Source of the DNA: Promethearchaeota archaeon Loki_b32
GTDB taxonomy: Archaea > Asgardarchaeota > Lokiarchaeia > Sigyniarchaeales > SOKP01
NCBI GenBank assembly: GCA_005223125.1
Contig: NJBH01000042.1
Location: 1 to 29,054, forward strand
Length of the DNA: 29,054 nucleotides
Reading direction: 5' to 3'
The translations under genes and the position numbers were made by a program. The notes beneath the pieces were generated by a model. That model was not told where the DNA came from and ran no database searches. It worked only from the letters and a program-made list of their open reading frames with translations. Within the stretch, counting starts at the first letter, position 1. Every line of letters begins with the position of its first letter. Positions 1 through 8,666 of the stretch are shown here, in pieces.

Positions 1-246
1 GAAACATATGAAATCGATGAAATAATCTTAATTGAGAAAACTTATAAGCCACGACCCGTTGTAGAAGCTTTAATTAATCCTTATAAATTAGTATCTTTGA
101 ATGAAATTTTTCTAGCTACTGGAGATATTCAATTTAGAGCAGTTCTTTGGGAGGATGATAAGGAACACTTTTTATTTACTCAAGAGGAACTTGAAGAGTT
201 AATTTATGAATTAACCGGAAATATTACTAGCGTTGAATTTCAATAA
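1..246 (+). CDS. 3' end of an archaeal NusA-like KH-domain protein (partial, begins upstream of window)
   Basis: Frame 1 is open from base 1 to TAA at 244-246: ETYEIDEIILIEKTYKPRPVVEALINPYKLVSLNEIFLATGDIQFRAVLWEDDKEHFLFTQEELEELIYELTGNITSVEFQ*. The C-terminal 'EELE.LI.ELTG....VEF' pattern and position upstream of pth2-truD resemble the archaeal NusA-like family. Not in the ORF track. Confidence 0.6.
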   Translation, partial: ETYEIDEIILIEKTYKPRPVVEALINPYKLVSLNEIFLATGDIQFRAVLWEDDKEHFLFTQEELEELIYELTGNITSVEFQ

Positions 247-293
247 TCAGTAATCTTTAATTTCCTAAATTCTTAATATTAGATAGATTTACT

Positions 294-650
294 GTGGAAG
301 AATATAAACAAGTAATTTTAATAAGAACAGATCTTAAAATGGGAACTGGTAAAAAGTGTGCCCAGTCATGTCATGCAAGTGTTTCAGCTTCAGATCTAGT
401 AAGAATCCAAAATAAATCAGCGTGGAAGAGTTGGAAGAATACTGGACAGAAGAAAGTTGTTCTTAAAGTACAAAGTATGGATCAATTAAGAGAGTTAATC
501 CTCAAACTTGAATCGAAAAACGTTCCATATTTCATTGTTAATGATGCAGGATTGACTCAACTAATTCCAGGTACAACAACAGCAATTGGTATTGGACCAG
601 TGTTATCAACAGAGATAGATAAAATAACTGGAGATTTAAAATTACTATAA
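294..650 (+). CDS. pth2: Peptidyl-tRNA hydrolase 2 (archaeal/eukaryotic Pth2)
   Basis: [33 protein letters not shown] and [19 protein letters not shown] are Pth2 signatures; GTG start. Confidence 0.97.
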   Translation: MEEYKQVILIRTDLKMGTGKKCAQSCHASVSASDLVRIQNKSAWKSWKNTGQKKVVLKVQSMDQLRELILKLESKNVPYFIVNDAGLTQLIPGTTTAIGIGPVLSTEIDKITGDLKLL

Positions 651-673
651 TAGAAAAACTATAGGCTAAAAAT

Positions 674-2059
674 TTGTCTGAACTAGAAGCAGATTCTTAT
701 TCTTTTGAGGAAAATAATGAAAGAGAAATTGAGAAGTTTGTAGGAATTCAGTCTTATGCTACTTCTAATATAGGTGCTATAAGAGGAGAGTATAAAACAA
801 TTTTTAAGGATTTTATTGTCAGAGAAATTGATAATCACGGTAAAACTCTAAACATAAAGGAGGATAATAGAAATCACTTTTTTTCTGAAGAATTAAAAGA
901 TCGTTATACAACTTTTAATTTAATAAAAATTAATAAAGATACATTTGAAGCAATAAGAAGGATTAGTAAAAAGTTGAATATACCTTATGGTCTCATCAAA
1001 TATTCAGGTCTAAAAGATAAATTTTCCATTTCAGTTCAAAAATTTTCCATTAAAGGAGATTATGTCGAAAAATTAAGAAATCTGAAAATCAAAGACATTT
1101 TCATTAGAAATATTAAACCAACTAAAAAACCTGTTAGAGTGGGTAGTCATTGGGGTAATAATTTTATAATCGTATTTAGAAATATTGTTTATAAAAAGAA
1201 TTTAAAAAGCAATATTGAGAAATTTATAAAATTCCTAAATAACTTTGGATTTCCTAACTATTTTGGTCTTCAAAGATTTGGGAGTTATAGACCTAATTCA
1301 CATATAGTTGGTCGTTGTCTTCTGGAAGGTAATTTTAAGAAAGCATTTGAAGAATTTGTATCAAAAACATATTCACCTGAATCTTTAGAATCAAAACTAG
1401 CTAGAGGAGAGTTTAGAAAAACTGGCAATCTTGAAAAGGCTCTCAACGATTTTCCTAAAAGGTTGAATTATGAAAAAAAAATGATCGCTCATTTAATTGA
1501 AAATCCAGAAGATTATGAAGGTAGTATTAATACATTGTCTTCTGATCTGAAGAATTTATTAATTAATTCTTTCCAATCATATCTATTTAACAAGATGCTT
1601 TCAAAAAGAGTTGAAAAAGGAATTTCTTTATTTAAACCCATAAAAGGCGATGTTATTAGTATATTAGATGATGATAATGGGAACGTTACTCAAGTTAAAT
1701 ACATTTATGGGGATTATTATGATAAATATTTGAACAAAGCATTAAATCTAAAGCGTGCTGCTATAATAATCCCTTTAGTTGGTACTAATACAAATTTAGA
1801 TGATTTTCCATTCATGAAATCGCTCTTCGAAGAGATTTTAAAACAAGAAAATGTTGATAAAGATATTTTTAAAAATAATTTGATTGACGAACAAAGATTT
1901 AAAGGTTCTATTAGACCAATGGTCGTGAAACCGACTGCGTTAAAAATATTGGAATTAGACGATGATGATCTTAATCCCGGAAAGAAAAAAATCAAATTTG
2001 AATTTTCTCTTCAGAAGGGAAGTTACGCAACAATGTTAATTAGAGAGTTTATGAAATAG
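674..2059 (+). CDS. truD: tRNA pseudouridine(13) synthase TruD/Pus7
   Basis: DFIVRE, GLKDK (catalytic Asp), GNNF, FPNYFGLQRFG, SFQSYLFN and FSLQKGSYATMLIRE motifs; TTG start. Confidence 0.96.
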   Translation: MSELEADSYSFEENNEREIEKFVGIQSYATSNIGAIRGEYKTIFKDFIVREIDNHGKTLNIKEDNRNHFFSEELKDRYTTFNLIKINKDTFEAIRRISKKLNIPYGLIKYSGLKDKFSISVQKFSIKGDYVEKLRNLKIKDIFIRNIKPTKKPVRVGSHWGNNFIIVFRNIVYKKNLKSNIEKFIKFLNNFGFPNYFGLQRFGSYRPNSHIVGRCLLEGNFKKAFEEFVSKTYSPESLESKLARGEFRKTGNLEKALNDFPKRLNYEKKMIAHLIENPEDYEGSINTLSSDLKNLLINSFQSYLFNKMLSKRVEKGISLFKPIKGDVISILDDDNGNVTQVKYIYGDYYDKYLNKALNLKRAAIIIPLVGTNTNLDDFPFMKSLFEEILKQENVDKDIFKNNLIDEQRFKGSIRPMVVKPTALKILELDDDDLNPGKKKIKFEFSLQKGSYATMLIREFMK

Positions 2060-3539
2060 TTTTAATGGGATATGACTTTATAGTTTCAATTCCGAAAATA
2101 TCAATTATCTTCACTGAAATTTTATGACTTCCTGACTCCTTATATTGATATTCATCAGATTTTAAAGAAAGGATCCTACTTTTAGGAGTTCTAAAAGAAA
2201 ACCACATATTTAAAAAAATTTCGTTTCCAGAATCAAAATCAATCGACCAATAATCAATTAAGTCTGAATATGACTTTATCTTTTTTTTAATTTTATCTGA
2301 GATAAAATCCTCAAACGGTATTTTGTAATCAATCAATTCTACTCTAATTTTATTGTCCTTTTGATGTATTTTTACACTTAAATTCGGCGTTTCTCTCAAT
2401 TCAACTAATTTTTTATTTCGGTAATCTTTACTCAAAAATACATTAGGTATTCTATTTATTTTATCTTCCTTATCAATGTTTAAGATATTAAAGGAATTTG
2501 GTTCTTTATTATAGAATTTTTTCCAATTTAAAGCATCATTACTTTTACTTAAATTGAGGATTCTTTTCCTTATTATATGGATTGAATATAAATTTGAATC
2601 ACATCCAATCCATTTTCTACCAAGCTTTTCTGCTACTGTTAGTGTGGTACCTGAACCGCAAAAAAAATCAGCTATGATATCCCCTTCATTTGAAGATGCT
2701 AAAATTATCCTTCTTAAAAGGCGTTCTGGTTTTTGGGTTGAAAAACCTTGATATTCTACTGTATTCGCCCTGATATAAGGAATATCGTTCCAAACGTCTC
2801 TAGGAAAAATTCCATCCTTTTCTATATATACTTTCCTAGATAATTTCTTTCCATTATGACTCCCACCTCTATAGTAAAATACCCCTTTATCATCTTTTTT
2901 TAAAGCATTTTTTACACGATCAGAAAATTCTTGGTATATTTTAGGATTATCATTAAATACGTAATCATCAGATATTGAATAGAAAAGAATAGTATCATAA
3001 GACCTAATAAAAAATCGTCGTGTTTTAGCAGAAGCAGCGGGATAAGCCCAAATTATCTCATTTCTAAAATTTTCACATCCAAAAATTTCATCCATAATTA
3101 ATTTTATATAGTGAGATATATGCCAATCAAGGTGCACATAAATAGAACCATTTTCAGCTAATAATTCCTTCATTAAAACAAGTCTTTCATATAAAAAGTT
3201 TAAATATGAGTCTACCCCTTCTCTCCATTTATCAGTATAAGCGATTTTATCTAAATAATTTTTATTTTTTCCTATTTGAATTTTAAGATTAAATTCACCT
3301 CCCGTAGCAAAAGGAGGATCAATATATATTAGATTTATTCTATTTTTGAATGTTTTCAACAAAGATTTTAATATAGCTTTGTTTTCTCCCCAAATCAGCA
3401 GATTTTTCCATTCATCTACTAATTTGAAGGAAAATCTGTTAGAAGAATAAATATCATGAATACAAAATGGACTAGTTTCATCCATTTCTGAAAGAATATC
3501 ACTTTCCTTTTTTTTCCCATTCCATTTTAAAATTACCAT
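2049..3539 (-). CDS. Orphan beta-class amino (N6A/N4C) DNA methyltransferase, Mod-like
   Basis: Catalytic IYIDPPF precedes SAM-binding DFFCGSGTT; also FRNEIIW and TQKPERLL. No restriction endonuclease is adjacent. Its 3' end overlaps the truD 3' end by 11 nt. Confidence 0.93.
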   Translation of the reverse strand: MVILKWNGKKKESDILSEMDETSPFCIHDIYSSNRFSFKLVDEWKNLLIWGENKAILKSLLKTFKNRINLIYIDPPFATGGEFNLKIQIGKNKNYLDKIAYTDKWREGVDSYLNFLYERLVLMKELLAENGSIYVHLDWHISHYIKLIMDEIFGCENFRNEIIWAYPAASAKTRRFFIRSYDTILFYSISDDYVFNDNPKIYQEFSDRVKNALKKDDKGVFYYRGGSHNGKKLSRKVYIEKDGIFPRDVWNDIPYIRANTVEYQGFSTQKPERLLRRIILASSNEGDIIADFFCGSGTTLTVAEKLGRKWIGCDSNLYSIHIIRKRILNLSKSNDALNWKKFYNKEPNSFNILNIDKEDKINRIPNVFLSKDYRNKKLVELRETPNLSVKIHQKDNKIRVELIDYKIPFEDFISDKIKKKIKSYSDLIDYWSIDFDSGNEIFLNMWFSFRTPKSRILSLKSDEYQYKESGSHKISVKIIDIFGIETIKSYPIKTIS

Positions 3540-3709
3540 AACTTATAGATAAGAAGGTAAAAATTTTATTTTTAATTTAACTTTTAAAATTATATTTTTT
3601 TAATAAAAAATTAAAAAATTGATGCGATTATATACTAGAAAAACTAGGAGATTGGAGAAAAACACATTATACAAAAGATCTCTCTCCAGATATTGTTGGA
3701 AAAGAAGTT
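3189..3709. repeat. Direct repeat copy 1 (MTase 5' end + divergent promoter + aspS 5' end)
   Basis: Aligns to 5959-6478 at offset ~2770. Hand-counted identity is 49/60 for 3481-3540 vs 6251-6310 and 56/60 for 3541-3600 vs 6311-6370; 3559-3602 equals 6329-6372 exactly (44 bp). Confidence 0.95.
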
Positions 3710-4097
3710 CATTAGAAATATTATTACTCTCAAACTCCCAATTCTCCAACTTAGTGATAAATTGAATAAGATATTGCATTACCTTATTTCTATAATATTT
3801 CTCATTAAATTTAAAAAATTTACTAAGAAAAATCTTTGAATTCTCTATAAAATAACTATCATAAATATACATTTTTGTGTTATTAGAATTTAAAATTTCA
3901 ATAATATTAGCTTTTTGGATATCAATATCTTTCTTATATTTCAAGTAAAAATATAATATAATTGATGCATGAATATTAGGGCAATTTCTGTTAAAAAAAT
4001 TTAAATATTCTTTTAATTTATGTGGTTTTTGAATTGAATTTACAAAATTTAAAAAGATTTTTATAATATCTTTTAATTCATTATTAGGATTATGGAA
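3600..4097 (-). pseudogene. Internal fragment of an unknown AT-rich gene, read through into the antisense of the aspS relic
   Basis: The frame of track ORF 3600..3944 stays open upstream to 4097 (FHNPNNELKDIIKIFLNFVNSIQKPHKLKEYLNFFNRNCPNIHASIILYFYLKYKK...) with no ATG/GTG/TTG in the extension. Its last ~37 codons are the reverse complement of the aspS relic and promoter. Confidence 0.5.
3632..3715 (+). pseudogene. aspS: Truncated aspS 5' relic (27 codons)
   Basis: ATA CTA GAA AAA ... GTT CAT TAG = ILEKLGDWRKTHYTKDLSPDIVGKEVH*, versus intact MLDKLGDWRKTHYTKDLSPEMVGKEVI at 6401. Confidence 0.93.
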
Positions 4098-4177
4098 TTA
4101 CACTTATAGGTTTTGTACGTGGTTCAAGAATGAATATTTATTCCCATCCAAATAGGATAGAACTTTAACTTTTCAAG

Positions 4178-5293
4178 CTATATTTTCCAATTTCCTTCTT
4201 CATAAATCACTTTTTCATCTGCAATAATTTTAGAGCCTGGTTTTTTCATATCCTTTAATATATCCCAATGAATAGCACTTTCATTGCAAGAGCCTGTTTC
4301 TTTAAATCCATCTCCAAGTGCACAATGCATTGTTCCTCCTATTTTTTCATCAAATAACATTTGTTTTGTAAATAAGGAAATTCCATAATTTGTTCCGACT
4401 GCAAATTCTCCTAAAATATTAGCATTCTCAACTTTTAGTACCTCTTGAAGCAATTCTTGCCCCTTATAAGCTGTTGCATGAATAACGTTACCATTCTTGA
4501 ACTCTAAATAAATATTTTCAATCTCATTGCCCCTATATATTCCTGGATATGTAAATCTTATATGACCATCTACAGAATCTTCAATTGGACTGGTATAAAC
4601 TTCACCATCAGGTAAATTTACTTGTCCAGAACAATTTATCCACTTTCTTCCTTTAACAGATAATTTTAAATCAGTATCTTCTCCCAGAACATGTATTTTA
4701 TCGACTTTATCTAAATATTCAATTAATTTATTTTGTTTTTTTTCAAAATTTTCCCATTCTTTAATAGGATCTTCTTTATCTAGGAATAATGCCTTTTTCA
4801 CGAAATTAGTATAAGAAAAAAGATCCATATTTGCCTCTTGAGCGTAAGAATGACAAGGAAAAGGAATCCCAACCCATCTTGCTTCTTTTTTTGCCACTCT
4901 ATCGTAAAATGTAGCCCAAAGCTCTTTCATTTCCGATGATCCATAGCGTTTAGAAATTAATTGAGAATCAATTGAACTTAAATATTTTGTGTTATATTTT
5001 GCATCGATGGTAATCATACAATCAAATTCCCTATTTATCATTTTCCATATATTATCTATATAAGTCAATTGCTTTTCCGAAGCATATTTGAACAATAATT
5101 CCTCCTGCCCTTCAATAAAGGGGAGTAAAAGTGGGTGGCCCCCTGCCTTAATAATTTCGATAAATAAAGCTTGAAAAAGCTCATCTGCGAATGTTGGACC
5201 TAAAACAAATATTCTGTCCCCCTTTTTAACTTTTATAGAATAGTTCACTGCTAATTTTGCGAGCTTCTCAAAAAATGGATTGATCATATTCAA
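4178..5293 (-). CDS. Aminopeptidase, peptidase family M29 (AmpS/aminopeptidase T)
   Basis: KLAKLAVNYS, NLPDGEVYTSP, GEFAVG, LFDEKIGGTMHCALG and SAIHWD M29 motifs. Confidence 0.95.
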   Translation of the reverse strand: MNMINPFFEKLAKLAVNYSIKVKKGDRIFVLGPTFADELFQALFIEIIKAGGHPLLLPFIEGQEELLFKYASEKQLTYIDNIWKMINREFDCMITIDAKYNTKYLSSIDSQLISKRYGSSEMKELWATFYDRVAKKEARWVGIPFPCHSYAQEANMDLFSYTNFVKKALFLDKEDPIKEWENFEKKQNKLIEYLDKVDKIHVLGEDTDLKLSVKGRKWINCSGQVNLPDGEVYTSPIEDSVDGHIRFTYPGIYRGNEIENIYLEFKNGNVIHATAYKGQELLQEVLKVENANILGEFAVGTNYGISLFTKQMLFDEKIGGTMHCALGDGFKETGSCNESAIHWDILKDMKKPGSKIIADEKVIYEEGNWKI

Positions 5294-5316
5294 TAAAATT
5301 GTACTAATGATATAAA

Positions 5317-5940
5317 TTATACTAGTCTTTTTTTTACTTTTTTAGTATATTCCGTGTATCCTTCAAGTTCTTCGTGCAATAATTTTTCTTCATATGAAAT
5401 TCGTACTATTAATAAGATAGTTATGAATACCACTGGAATAAGACCATAAAGAGAGCCTAACGCTATCGACATTGAAAAAAACCACAATATAGATCCAGAA
5501 TACATTGGATGGCGTACAACGGCGTAAGGTCCAGTTGTGATGACTTTATGTTCTCCCTCTTTATCAACCCTTACTACTTTCGAAGCGTAAGAATTTTCCT
5601 TCATGACTAAAACTGTAATGATAAAAACAATAACAAAACCGATAAATCCAATTATCTTACCCCATAGTGGAACCGTTGACCAGTGATAACGCCCTCCATC
5701 TAGACAAACCACAATAAAAAATGCGAAAAAAGAGGCAATCAACAAGATCATGGGGATTATATCTTTTTTTATCATCCCCTTCACAGAAGTCCGACTTCTA
5801 AGAACTTTTAGGTTGTGTTTATTTAGCTAAAAAAACATATAGGCCATCAAAAAGGTTAAGATGATTAAAAAAATCCATGCTTCCATCCAGAGAAGGTTAC
5901 CCGATAGGAAAAATAAAATAAATCCAAAAATTACATTTTT
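5317..5940 (-). pseudogene. Isoprenylcysteine carboxyl methyltransferase (Ste14/PEMT) family membrane protein, probably a pseudogene
   Basis: ENSYAS, ITTGPYAVVRHPMY and EEKLL...GY.EY motifs. The frame continues upstream of the track start (KNVIFGFILFFLSGNLLWMEAWIFLIILTFLMAYMFF*LNKHNLKVLRSRTS) through an in-frame TAG at 5827-5829 and is cut at ~5940 beside the repeat junction. Confidence 0.8.
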
Positions 5941-5955
5941 TCAATAATCAATTAT

Positions 5956-6309
5956 TTAGTATATAAAATTGAAATATGAATCTAATCCGTCCTTCCATTT
6001 ATCATTATAAGCGAGATCTTCAAAAGATTTTCCAAGTCCCCCTATATAGATTTTTAATTTAAAGTCTCCTCCTGTTGTGAATGGAGGATCAATATAAATC
6101 ATAGATATTTTATTTTCATAATTTTCTATGAGAAAATTCATAAATATTTTATTTTCTCCCCAAATCAGTAGATTTTTCCCTTCTTCTTCTAATTTGAAGG
6201 AAAGTCTGTTATAAGAGTAAATATCCAGCATATTAAATGGACTGGTTTCATCCATTTCCAAAAGGATATCATTTATCCTCTTTTTGCTATTCCATTTTAA
6301 AACTACCAT
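5956..6309 (-). pseudogene. Truncated N-terminal copy of the DNA methyltransferase
   Basis: 117 aa, colinear with residues 1-117 of 2049..3539 (71/117 identical by hand count). It retains DPPF, lacks the SAM-binding motif and stops at the repeat boundary. Confidence 0.92.
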
Positions 6310-6478
6310 ATTTTATATATAAGAAGGCAAAAATTTTATTTTTAATTTAACTTTTAAAATTATATTTTTTTATTAAAGAATTACATGTTGGTATAAATAT
6401 ATGCTGGATAAACTAGGAGATTGGAGAAAAACTCATTATACTAAAGATCTCTCCCCAGAAATGGTGGGTAAAGAAGTT
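5959..6478. repeat. Direct repeat copy 2 (MTase 5' fragment + divergent promoter + start of intact aspS)
   Basis: See copy 1 (3189-3709). Confidence 0.95.
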
Positions 6479-7720
6479 ATTTTAGGAGGTTGGGTCCGAA
6501 ATTACAGAGATCTCGGGGGATTGAAATTTATCTCTTTACAAGATAAGTATGGAGAACGTCAAATAACATTAAAAAGGGGAGTTGTTTCTGATGAACTGTT
6601 TGAAAAGGCAAAAGTTGGATATCAATATTGTTTAATGGTAAAGGGAATTGTAAAAGCCTTTAATGAAGCGCCTGGAGGTATTGAAATAATCCCTTCTGAA
6701 TTAAAAGTATTAAATACAACACCTGAAAAGCTTCCTATAGATATGACTGGAGAAACTGTATCTGAGCTTGATCTAAGATTAAATCATAGAGCTTTGGATC
6801 TAAGATCTCTTAAAAATCAAGCTATTTTTAGAATCAGGGGAGAGATGTTGAGATCTATTAGAAAATTCTTATTCGAACGAAATTTCACTGAAATTACGAC
6901 TCCCAAAATTATAGGATCTGCAACAGAAGGAGGTACTGAATTATTTCCGATTATCTATTTTGATAAGGAAGCATTTCTTACCCAATCTGCTCAATTGTAT
7001 AAAGAACAGTTGAGTGGAGTATATGAGAGAGTGTTTGAAATAAGCGATTGTTTTAGAGCTGAAAAAAGTCGTACAAAAAGACATATTTGTGAGATTTTTA
7101 CTTTAGATATTGAAATGGCTTTCTCAACAATGGAAGATATTCTGAAAATATTAGAAGAAATAGTTCATAACACCATTAAAGATATAAGAGAGAATCAGAT
7201 GTCAGCATTAAAATATTTAGAAATGGAAGATAAAACAATCGTACCAGAAATTCCTTTTCCAAGATATAGATATGAAGAAATTATTAATTTATTAAACTCT
7301 AAATTTAAAATTGATATTGAATTTGGTGAAGATATTTCTACCGATGCTTATAGAAAATTAGGTGAAGAATTAACAAGCTATTATTATATAACTCATTGGC
7401 CAATGTCTATTAAACCATTTTATATCATGCCTTCAGAAAATCCTAAATATAGTGAATCTTTCGATTTACAAAAAGGAATGTTAGAATTGACTTCTGGAGG
7501 AACTAGAGTTCATAATAAGCAACAATTATTAAATGCACTTGAGAATCAAGGTCTCAGTCCAATATCTTTTAAAACACATTTAAAAGCATTTGATTATGGA
7601 ATGCCTCCACATGCAGGATTAGGTTTAGGTATAGATAGGTGGCTTACAATGATTTGTGGTTTAGACGATATCAGAGAAGCAGTTATGTATCCGCGAACTC
7701 CAGACAGATTAACACCCTAA
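6401..7720 (+). CDS. aspS: Aspartyl-tRNA synthetase, archaeal type (probably non-discriminating Asp/Asn)
   Basis: GWV..RDLGG OB-fold, RLNHRALDLR, ATEGGTELF, QSAQLYK, FRAEKS and GMPPHAGLGLGIDR. The 'APGGIEI' loop Pro is typical of non-discriminating enzymes. Confidence 0.97.
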   Translation: MLDKLGDWRKTHYTKDLSPEMVGKEVILGGWVRNYRDLGGLKFISLQDKYGERQITLKRGVVSDELFEKAKVGYQYCLMVKGIVKAFNEAPGGIEIIPSELKVLNTTPEKLPIDMTGETVSELDLRLNHRALDLRSLKNQAIFRIRGEMLRSIRKFLFERNFTEITTPKIIGSATEGGTELFPIIYFDKEAFLTQSAQLYKEQLSGVYERVFEISDCFRAEKSRTKRHICEIFTLDIEMAFSTMEDILKILEEIVHNTIKDIRENQMSALKYLEMEDKTIVPEIPFPRYRYEEIINLLNSKFKIDIEFGEDISTDAYRKLGEELTSYYYITHWPMSIKPFYIMPSENPKYSESFDLQKGMLELTSGGTRVHNKQQLLNALENQGLSPISFKTHLKAFDYGMPPHAGLGLGIDRWLTMICGLDDIREAVMYPRTPDRLTP

Positions 7721-7745
7721 GTGTGATAATTAAATTTCTTAAATT

Positions 7746-8666
7746 ATGACTGATAATAATTTTATTCAAGATTATATTAAAGCTGGAAAGGGTGTGATTG
7801 CTGCCAAAAAATTGGCAAGGAAATTAACCAAGCCAGGAACATTATTTTTGGAAATTGCAAATAGGTGCGAAGCTGAAATTATTAAAAATGGGTGTGGTTT
7901 TTCTTTCCCGATTAATATGTCTTTAAATGAAATTGCAGCTCATTATAGCCCTCCTATTGACGATCAAACTATAGTACCAGAAAAGGGATTATTAAAAATC
8001 GATATAGGAGCACACTATAATGGATATATAGCAGATTCTGCATTTACCATTAATATAGATGAAGATCCTAAGCTTCAGAATTATATTGAGGCAGCAAAAG
8101 AAGGTCTTGAAGCTGCAATTCAATTATTTACCCCTGGAGTTAAATTATATGAACTTGGAGAAGTTATTGCTCAAAAGATAATAAATCGAGGATTACGACC
8201 AATAACAAACCTAGGTGGTCATGAATTAAAACAATATAATTTACACGCAGGTCCCTTCATCCCAAATTATAAAGAAAAAATGCATAATCAAGTTTTAAAG
8301 CCTGGAGATGCCTATGCATGTGAACCTTTTGCAACTTCTGGAATAGGCAAAGTTGAAAATGGAAGAGATGCTTATATTTTTCGATTTGTAAAAAGAATAA
8401 AGAAAAATATGTCATATGAGCATCTAGCTTATATGAATAAAATTGAGAAAAACTTCAAACACCTTCCATTTTCCCCAAGATGGATAGAAAATAATAATTT
8501 AATATCTAAAAATAAAATACAGAGAACTCTTGAAACTTTCATAGGAAAAAAAATTTTAGATAAATACTCCATATTACTAGAAAAAACAAGAGAACCTGTT
8601 GCTCAAGAAGAGCACACAATAATTTTGGATTTGGAAGGGAATAAGATTGTCACTACTAGAGAATAA
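7746..8666 (+). CDS. map: Methionine aminopeptidase type II
   Basis: FPINMSLNEIAAHYSP, KIDIGAHYNGYIADSAFT, NLGGH, LHAG, EPFAT and AQEEHT. Confidence 0.97.
   Translation: MTDNNFIQDYIKAGKGVIAAKKLARKLTKPGTLFLEIANRCEAEIIKNGCGFSFPINMSLNEIAAHYSPPIDDQTIVPEKGLLKIDIGAHYNGYIADSAFTINIDEDPKLQNYIEAAKEGLEAAIQLFTPGVKLYELGEVIAQKIINRGLRPITNLGGHELKQYNLHAGPFIPNYKEKMHNQVLKPGDAYACEPFATSGIGKVENGRDAYIFRFVKRIKKNMSYEHLAYMNKIEKNFKHLPFSPRWIENNNLISKNKIQRTLETFIGKKILDKYSILLEKTREPVAQEEHTIILDLEGNKIVTTRE

Noticed and set aside
3710-5958. Insert as a bona fide transposon, provirus or integrative element
   Set aside because: No transposase, integrase, terminal inverted repeats or viral genes are visible; the flanking repeats are long, diverged host-gene sequence.
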